Positions 55,422 through 64,000 of a stretch of 64,000 bases of DNA are shown here, in pieces. The DNA comes from Flectonema sp. DT1601 (lineage: Eukaryota). The notes below the pieces were generated by a model. The model saw only the letters and a program-made list of their open reading frames with translations. It had not been told where the DNA came from and did not search any database. Numbering within the stretch: the stretch's first letter is position 1; each line of letters starts with the position of its first letter. The DNA lies in contig OZ025786.1 in assembly GCA_964019425.1 (NCBI GenBank), positions 1,178,001 to 1,242,000 on the forward strand, in the 5' to 3' direction. Position numbers and translations under genes: made by a program.

Positions 55422-57171
55422 AAAAAAAAAAAAAATTATGAATTTAGTTATAAATAATGAGCGTTTTTTTATTTATTTATCGAAGGTCAAGGGAAGTAAG
55501 AAATTCCGAAAGAAAAGAAGTCCTCAAAATTTTCTTATTGTTTTTTACTAGGTCTGTAGGAAGGGGGGAAAAATAATAATTATTATTATAATAATAATAA
55601 AGAGATCCCTTATGAAATGCAAATTTCTGAACGTTGGTGAGATGTTATGAGTCTCGAAGAACGAAAAAAAAAAAGTTTTTCACTCAGAGAGAGAACTCAT
55701 TGTTGGTGGAATTTATGTCGTTTTTGTTGCTACTCACCTACATAACAACAACAACAACAACAACCAGAATCAAAATATATAAGAAAGGAAACAAGAAATA
55801 TTAAAATAATTGAAAGGGGGGTTTTTTTTTGTTTTTTGTTTTTTTTTCGAAACAGTTTTCTATACTCCACAAACAAAATGCGCCACAAAAAAAAAAAAAA
55901 AAAAAAAGAGAAATCCCTGCGATTGAAAGACGACTTTCCTATTGCGTCACTACAGGACCTGGTCTTGCTGCCATAAAGGCATCACAGTAAAAAAAACAGC
56001 CTGACTAGGGCCACACACGGACCTAAAATAATCGAAGATAAGAAAACCAATCGCTTCCCATAACGAGTATCTTGATATTCATTTAGAGTCCAGCATTTTG
56101 CTGACCATCAGAAAAAGAAATCTTCTTTTATTTATTTTTTTTTTTTTTCTTCTTTTATTATTATTATTTTTTTTTTTTTGTCGTCGTCATTGTTTGTAAT
56201 TTTCCACCACACCACTGTGGAATAACTGAGATTCGACACAGCAAATTTGAAGACAAAAAAGTACCAGGAAAACTTACCCGGAAAAACTGACTACCAAGCC
56301 TAATCTTTTATGATTTGTTAACGAACATTAAAATATATAGACACTAGGCACGATAGTGTGAAGCAACACAGAAAATTCAAAAGAATTCAAATTCTAGGTA
56401 CAAATTCTTTAAGCTCACTTGGAGACAATGACGTTTTTTAATTCTTTTTTAGCAACATAGTGTGATTACATAATTTTTTTCTTTTTTTTTTTTATCCAGG
56501 AAAACAAAAATACGATGTCAGGAAAGATTAAAAATTGAAGTAAACTTACACGTTAGCCTAACTGATCATACATATTGTGTTACCGATAACGGTGCACAAA
56601 AAAAAAAAAAAAGAAAGAAAAAAAGTTCTCAAAAGTTAAGATCGGATGTATGCCCAACAGTGTCCTGAGACCATATTCAAAGGACGATCATAATTGGGTG
56701 CGAGGTGAAGACAAACCCTTGCGTGAAATGGATATCGTCATCCACACCATTAAAGCACCAAGGTAGGGTCCTGCGTGCATCTTGAAGAAGCCAATCTAAT
56801 CAAATGTCATTTCATTTTTTTAATTATTTTTAGAATCAATGAAAAACATAGATGGGTGCTTTAGTTTTTTTTTTTTTTTTTTTTGTATTTATGAGAAAAA
56901 CAAAATCCAACAGAGAATACCATCTTTTTGTTAACTTTGTAACTGGGGGAAAAAAAATTCTTACATTTGCTATTCTCTCTCACACATGACAAAAAAAAAA
57001 AAAAAAAAAAAAAAAAACATCGTGAGAACAATCGTTTGTGTAGATATGTTGGGGAGGATGAAGGGGAAAAAAAAAAAAAAAAAAAAATTAAAAAAACACA
57101 ATGAAACTACCGAATGAGTCTCCTACACCTTCAATGGTCAGTGGTGGATGGAAGAGCTTATTGACTGCTTT

Positions 57172-57204
<33 letters not shown>

Positions 57205-57568
57205 CCTCCCTCGCCCCCCCCTCTTTTTCTATTCTTCTTGTTTTTAAAAGATTCTCTAAAGAAGAAGACAAAAAAAAAAAAAAAAAAAGGAAACGTCGTC
57301 GGAGTGAATGAAAAAAAGCAACAAAGAAAGATAACATAACCTTGTTTTATACATCTTAAAAAAAAATAAAAGATTAGAGGAAATCCCTCCAAGGAAAGAG
57401 AGACTTGTAATAACTACCAGAGAACCCCCACCGCATGCACGAAGTGTCAGTAACAGTCGGTAATCATTTATTCGTTTTAAAAAAAAGAAGAAAAAAAAAG
57501 AAAAAAAGAAAAAAAAGGTTTTTCAACTCATTCATACTAATCTATCAATTTTAGAGGAATGAATAGGG

Positions 57569-57603
<35 letters not shown>

Positions 57604-58335
57604 TCGGCTCCCAAAGTGTCTTACCTAAAAACAACATTCCATAATTAAACAGTTTTGCTTTAATCAGTATGGCAGACAACAGAGGGGTGTTAATTTAATC
57701 AACGCAACTAGTACTATTTTCATTATTTATTTTAATTTTAATTTTAATTTTAGTTTTTTTTTTTTTTTTTTGCAAATTTCCGCTGTTAGTAGCTACAATA
57801 CAAAAGAAAAAAGTAAAGAGAGGGATAAACAAGGAAAGGGTCAGGCACCTTGGGTCCTGAAAGGCATCTTTGCTTTTTTTTTTTTTTTTTTTTTTCTCGG
57901 TCAGCACCACTGAAGAAGAAGAGAGCTTTTTTTTTTTTTTTTTTTTTTTTCTTTTGAAAAAAATTTTATTTCTTGTTTAAAGAAAAATTTGTCCTCCCTT
58001 GGAAGATTATGTTTCTGAAACAGAAAGGTCAAAAAAAAAAAAAAAAAAAAAAAAGGAAGATTTGGTAAAAAAAAAAGAATAACGTTTATAGCGTGATACC
58101 TCGGAAGAAGAATTTTTTTTTTTTTTTTTTCCAGCAAGCAGGTTTTGCTAGGTTACTACTAGGTTTTGCTTTCTTGCACATTAGAGGGAATAAAGAATAA
58201 GAAAGAAAAAAAAACGAGGGGGGAAAAAAAATACACGTTTTGTTGATTTATGTTAATGTTAGAAGAAAACGGTTTGTTCGTAATTCTCAGAGGGGAAAAT
58301 TGTTTCAGTATTCTACTTTTTTAAGACATAAATGT

Positions 58336-58565
58336 CAGCCATTCAACCAAATATGGTCACAAAAAAAAAGTGTCTTTTTGTTACCACTGTTGGGATCTAT
58401 TTGCTCGATTGTGGACGCATTTTAATCCGCGAAAGTCAACTCTCGATCGATGCGGAATTTGAAAAAATTGACTCCAAAAGGGTCAAAAAAATCACCCCCC
58501 AGTTTTACTGGTTAGTTAAAGCTAAAAAAAGGCCTGTTTTTTGACCATATGAGGTGGAATGGCTA
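58336..58565. mobile_element. ~230-bp MITE-like element with ~25-28-bp imperfect TIRs
   Basis: Left CAGCCATTCAACCAAATATGGTCA versus right TGACCATATGAGGTGGAATGGCTA (reverse complement TAGCCATTCCACCTCATATGGTCA). Confidence 0.65.
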
Positions 58566-58674
58566 ATATATTTATTGTATCAAAGTTTACCAATACGAAC
58601 AATTAGTAATTTATGAGACTGTGACTCAAGATATTGTTTTTTTTTTTTTGTTTTTTTTTTCTTTTCTTTGAGGT

Positions 58675-59030
58675 CTTGACACGCTGAAAGAAAACCTAAC
58701 TGTCAGCGGCAGCGGTAGTGCACGATTGCAAAAATAAAATACCACAGAGGAGGGAAAAAACAAAAAAAAAAAAAAGGATCCATTTACGTAAGCATTCTGT
58801 TCCCAGTTTCCAGTTTTTTTTTTTTTTTAAAATACCTACATTCCGAGTGGTTTGGTTGTTTGCACAAAACCGTAAACAAGTAAAACTGTGAAAGGCTAAA
58901 AAAGGAAACCACTGCGCCCTTAGAAATGAAAGAAAAAAAGAAGAGAAAAAAAAGATGGAACAGGGGGGTGAAACTTTGACAATGTAAAAACAGTAACAAC
59001 TTTAGGTATTAAAAACAAAATTAATATCAA
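58675..59030. repeat. Fragment of the same dispersed family as 53510-53835
   Basis: The same motif blocks occur in the same order. Confidence 0.75.
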
Positions 59031-61333
59031 TATAAAAAAGGAGGAACAAGGGGGAAATTTATATAATACTACGAGATGCCTAGTGCATCGACTGGCAAAT
59101 AGAACATTAAAATCGGTGCATTTTCACTCATGTGTTCGAATAAATGAAGCACACTTACGTACCTCCGTAGAGAGAGGGACGGTATATAAAAGAAAATTCC
59201 TAAAGAGAGCAGAAAAACCTTCCCTTTCAAAACAGATAAGCAGATATCTAAGTGGCTCACAGCTGATGGTAGTTGGATAATGCGAGCTGAAGGGAAGTTG
59301 TCTCCCTTACTTAGGGTCTCAGTGACTACAGCCGAGAGTGAGAATGCCACATGCAAAGAAAGTCCGAAGAAACGGCACAAAAAAAAAAAATATAGAATTG
59401 AACAGAAACGTTCAAGGAAGCCGGACGCAGTCGGTCATGGAAGTCATAACCAACTTAGTTAATATGTGACTCGTCTACTGACACGGCTAACATAGCTGGC
59501 ACATTTTAGTGAAAGTAAAACTGTTAAATCGTTCTTGTGAAATTATATGTGAGAAAAACGTTCTTTTTACGTATTTACTTTACTAGGCCAGAGTCACCTC
59601 TGACTACAAAAAAAAAAAAAAAAAAAAAAAACGAGTAAGAATTAATTAGTTAAAAAACACAAGTGATACTTAGAACCTTGATATTTTAAAAAAAAAAATT
59701 TTTTTTTTTTTTCAAGTGATAATTATTCATTGTACTTTTTTTTTGTATCTCATTTGAGAGATGGAATGATTGCCTACAATTTTTTTTTTTTTTTTTTTTC
59801 CTTTTTTTTCCTCTACTACTACAAAGTAGACAGGAAAAACACAAATCAGAATCCATCTCCTCTCCTACTAATTGCTATTTATTATTAGGGAAAAAGACAT
59901 GGATAGCTAATACAGTAAACCATAAAATAAAGCATCAGGTTAATTTCATAGAGAGACGAAGCAACATGACCCAATTGCTAGGATTGTTATGGCTTTCTAC
60001 CATCTTGTCTAATTGTTGTATTCAGTTTCGGGAAAAAGAAAATTAACTTGGTTAAATCTCTTGTTATTCTTTTTCTTTTCCTTTTTTTTTTCTTTTTTTG
60101 CCATTGATGAAGACAGAGTCCTGGGAAAATTTATAAAAAAAAAATAAAAATTTTAAAAAAATGGTTTTTATTCACCTAGAAAAAATAATGGGCTTCTTTG
60201 TCCGACAACAAGAACACAATCACTGCAAAAAGGGGAGAAGCAAGGTCGTGCTTCGCATTTTGTTGGTGGGCAAAAAAAACTTGCGAGTTTGCGGGTTAAC
60301 GATTCCGATAGTACGCTTAATCAGACTGGCCTTCCCTAGACATGGCTATTTCCATCATTATCTATTATTTACCTTTTTTTTTTTTTTTTTTTTTTTTCGT
60401 CTGATTGACATGTCAGAGGGGGAAAAAAAAAAAAAAAAAAAAAGAAGGGAAAAAAAAGAGAGCCAAAAAAAAAAAAAAAAAAAAATACAAGACGAATAAA
60501 TGGTGGTCATCTTTTAGCCCTGTACTGCAAAAAAATAATGATATAAATCGAGAAGAAGTATAAGAAAAAAAGAATAGCAGTAAAACTAATAACTAACACA
60601 AAAGAATAGAAAGCTTCCTCTCTAAGGAGAAAAGGACAAGAATTGAGAAGGGGGAAAAAAAGTTTCCACAAATGTTGGAAACCAGTACGCACTTTGCCTA
60701 AATAGTAGTTGGATCATGTTGTCTTTTCTGATTTTTTTTTTTTTTTTTTTTTTTCTCTTTCCTCCCCCCCCATTGTTTTATTTCTTTTTCTTTTTGAGGT
60801 ATTTCTTCCCACACCTCAAAAAGAAAAAAAAAAAAAAAAAAAAAGAATACTCGTTTTCTTTTCTTTTATTTTTTTTGTTTCCTCCCCCCCCCTTTGCTTT
60901 ATAAAATTAGGATAGAAATAAATAATAACACTGATGAAACAAGTGATAATACCTAACTACATGACACGGAGAGTTTTTTGAAGATTGCTTGCAAAGAAAT
61001 ATTTTTTTTTTTTTTTTTTTTTAAAATTGCACAGAACCAATCAATTAGCCAGTGGGCTATGGATCAATCTGTACACCAGACCCGCCGCTAGGAAACTTTT
61101 TTTTTTGTTTATTATTATTTTTTTTTTTTTTTTTGTTTTCCCTCCGTTTTTTTTATTAGGTCGCATAATACAACTCATTGAAAATATGGCAAGTTGAAGT
61201 CGCGAAGTCGGTACTAAAAACAGCAACAGACAACCGCCAACAACGGGAAAAGGAGAGAGACAGGAACTGTTGATTGCCGGCTTCTAAAAAAAAAAACCTA
61301 ATGTTCCAACCATGTGCTAGATTTTTTTACGTT

Positions 61334-61365
<32 letters not shown>

Positions 61366-61702
61366 TCTCTTTCGTTCTTACAATGGGGAGTAAAAAAAAA
61401 AAGAACGAAATTCAAAAAGTTTTGCTTCTTAGGCTCACCTCTTTATCGGTGCTCTCTGTGAAAATACTACAGAGAACAGCGAGCCAATAGCTCTTTTTTT
61501 TTTTTTTTTTTTTTAAATTCAAAATTCAAGAGAAAAAAAAGGGAGAAAATAAAAATATAACCCGTGTGATCGACTGACTACCTCAGAAGCCTACATGAAA
61601 CTTTAAAAAAAAAAAAAACGGGGGGATTGAAAAAAAACGGGGGGAGGGAATGGGGGGAAAAAGAAAAAAAAAAACGTCCAAGTTGCACATTATCGGCAAC
61701 TG

Positions 61703-61733
<31 letters not shown>

Positions 61734-62046
61734 AAACGTCGGCAGGGGGATTGGTTTGAGTTGGATACCAGGCAGTCTCGCATTGCGCAAAACACAGCAA
61801 GACAGATATTGTTTTTGCAGCAAACAGGAATACTATAAAAAATACTCATGTCGTAATAGTTTACCCATACAACTCTATACTTTTAGTACCACTATGAACT
61901 GCTTAACATTGGGACCCGACAGGTGGGTTTTTTATAAGTACCTCCTCAAGATCACGAAATCCAATATAAAATAATAAAATAAAAATATACACAAACGAGG
62001 CAACAAGCAAACAGATAAACGCGCAGATGGTGCTGGCCGATGGGCG

Positions 62047-62079
<33 letters not shown>

Positions 62080-62824
62080 CAAAAAAAAATATATTTGAAG
62101 AGGGGAAAAGAGCACAACGAGGATGCTATAATTATTTATTCCTTGGAAAAATACAAAAAAAAAAAAAAAATACAAAAAAAATATTATCACGTGTGAAAGT
62201 TGAATCGCTTCATCTCTCCGTGATGGAATCGACACAGGCAACGTCTCTTTTCATATTTGTTTTTTTTTTTTTTTTTTTTTTTTCTTGTCTCCGTCTCTCC
62301 TCCCGAATAGTCACAGGCGAATTACTTTACTCGCCTACTTATTTTTCAAACAACAAAGGGAAAACCAACAACGTCATGTTTTTTTTAAATTTTTAAATTA
62401 TTTTTTTTGTTCTGTTTCCTGTCGCTTTTGTTTCCCTTCGTAAGCGCATAAACGTTAAAAAAAGAAGGGGGAAAAAAAAAAAAAAAAGAGAAAAAAAAAA
62501 AAAAGAACTATCGCAACAGTACCCTCTTGTCACCCAGTTTCTTGTTCGGTGATAAGAAGACGAAGGGAAAGAAGAAAGGAACAATCTGTGAAAGCAAACA
62601 GAGTAATCTATTTTTTTTTTTTTATTTTTTTTTTTTTTTTAAATTTCCTCTGTCCAGGCGGATCCACGGGTCCTATTTTCTCTGGAAATATACGATTATT
62701 TTTTTTTATTATGTTGCGTGGTTCAAAAAGAATAATCATACCATGTTATATAATTTGGTTTTTTTTTTTATTTATTAAAACAACAAATGCAAATCAGTAT
62801 TTTGTTTTGCTTGTCTTCCTTTAC

Positions 62825-62861
<37 letters not shown>

Positions 62862-63684
62862 TTTTTGTTGCTTTTTGTTGCTTACAAGAAAAACAACGAA
62901 AAAAAAAAAAAGAAAAAAAAAATTTACTCGCACAAAGTGGGGGGAAAAAACTGCGAATAGAGGAATAGCGTATTTTCAAGTTTTTCAAGAGGAGGATGCA
63001 AACTGAATAATGTTTTCTATTACATAATAAAATTGAGTGACTTAGTAAAAGCCTCGTTGTTGCTCATTTCATTTTTGTTTTTTTTTTTTTTTTTTTTTTT
63101 TTTTTCTTTCCGTATCACGCATATTAAAAAAAAAGAATGAAGGAATACACAACTTAAAAGAAGAATGAAAAAAAATTCTCCCTTTTTTTCTCCTGAAGAG
63201 AATTCTGGCAGGCTCCAAAATTAGTAGCAATGCCCCGTTTTTTTTTTTTTTTTTTTTTGTTTTTTTTTTTTTATAATTATAATTCATTGTAATTAAAAAA
63301 AGGAAGTGCTAATTTTTTTTTTTTTTTTTTTTTTGTAAATTAAAACAAAAATAAAATAAAAAAATTAAAAAAAATGATTCTTAAATGTACCTCTTATACT
63401 GGGGAGCATGTCGCGGCAACGCTTTGGTAGACTTATTTTTTCCGTCGATGCCAACACCCTTATGGTCTTCCTTCGCAGATCGACGACATGTACCGAATCA
63501 CAATACCAACCACTAGGTGTAGCTACGCTTAGACATACTGCTCTGCGAATGTATCTGGGTAGAGGCTGGTTGGTTGTGGAATCCTGTTTTTTGTTTTGAT
63601 TTAAAAAAATATTGGAGAATTCTCCGTTGCCTACATCTAAATATTTAGATTAAACCTTAATACTTTTGTTGATTTCAGACAGTT

Positions 63685-63891
63685 ATAATGTAAAAAAACA
63701 GCAACAATTTTTTAGGTATTTAAACACAATTAATATCAAGTACTTGACTGAAAATATACTTGTAGTTGTTAATCAAAGAAAAGGTACGTTTAGAGAAAAG
63801 AATAAAAAAAAAAAAAATTGTCTTATGGAACGTGGGGAAAACAGATAACACTCGACATCACAAGTAACGGTTCTTAATCTGAATAGTTTTT
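63685..63891. repeat. Repeat fragment linking the 53.5/58.7-kb family to the Helentron-like IR end
   Basis: CAACAATTTTTAGGTATT..TTAATATCAA is followed by GGGAAAACAGATAACA..AACGGTTCTTAATCTGAATAGTTT. Confidence 0.6.
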
Positions 63892-64000
63892 TTCAAAAAA
63901 AAAAAAACAGAAAAATGAAAAATGAAAAAGATAAAAATAAAAATCTCACACCACAATGAAGGATCAGGTTTTCTAGTGTTTTCCGTCGTTATTTCAGTTC

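Overview
AT-rich, homopolymer-laden eukaryotic nuclear DNA. About 19 protein-coding genes are recognisable and all lie on the minus strand. The only plus-strand gene found is a tRNA-Leu(CAG). The unidirectional gene order, 'MLRR' mitochondrial presequences and PT-repeat multi-TM surface protein suggest a euglenozoan, probably a diplonemid (inference). Five short GTATGT...YAG introns, mostly with A-rich rather than pyrimidine-rich 3' ends, join or extend ORFs that the track leaves split or truncated. Splicing reveals a DnaJ with both a mitochondrial-type presequence and a CaaX box, a catalytically altered peptidase-S51/TPR/LRR fusion, and a tail-anchored TPR protein. Intergenic DNA carries several unannotated non-autonomous elements: a Helentron-like family (subterminal IRs plus terminal GAA-loop hairpin), a 771-bp CATAG...CTATG TIR element containing a tRNA-like 3' half, a piggyBac-like TTAA element, a ~230-bp TIR element and a possible solo LTR. 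No CRISPR array, rRNA gene or intact transposase was seen. All calls are by eye, without database searches.
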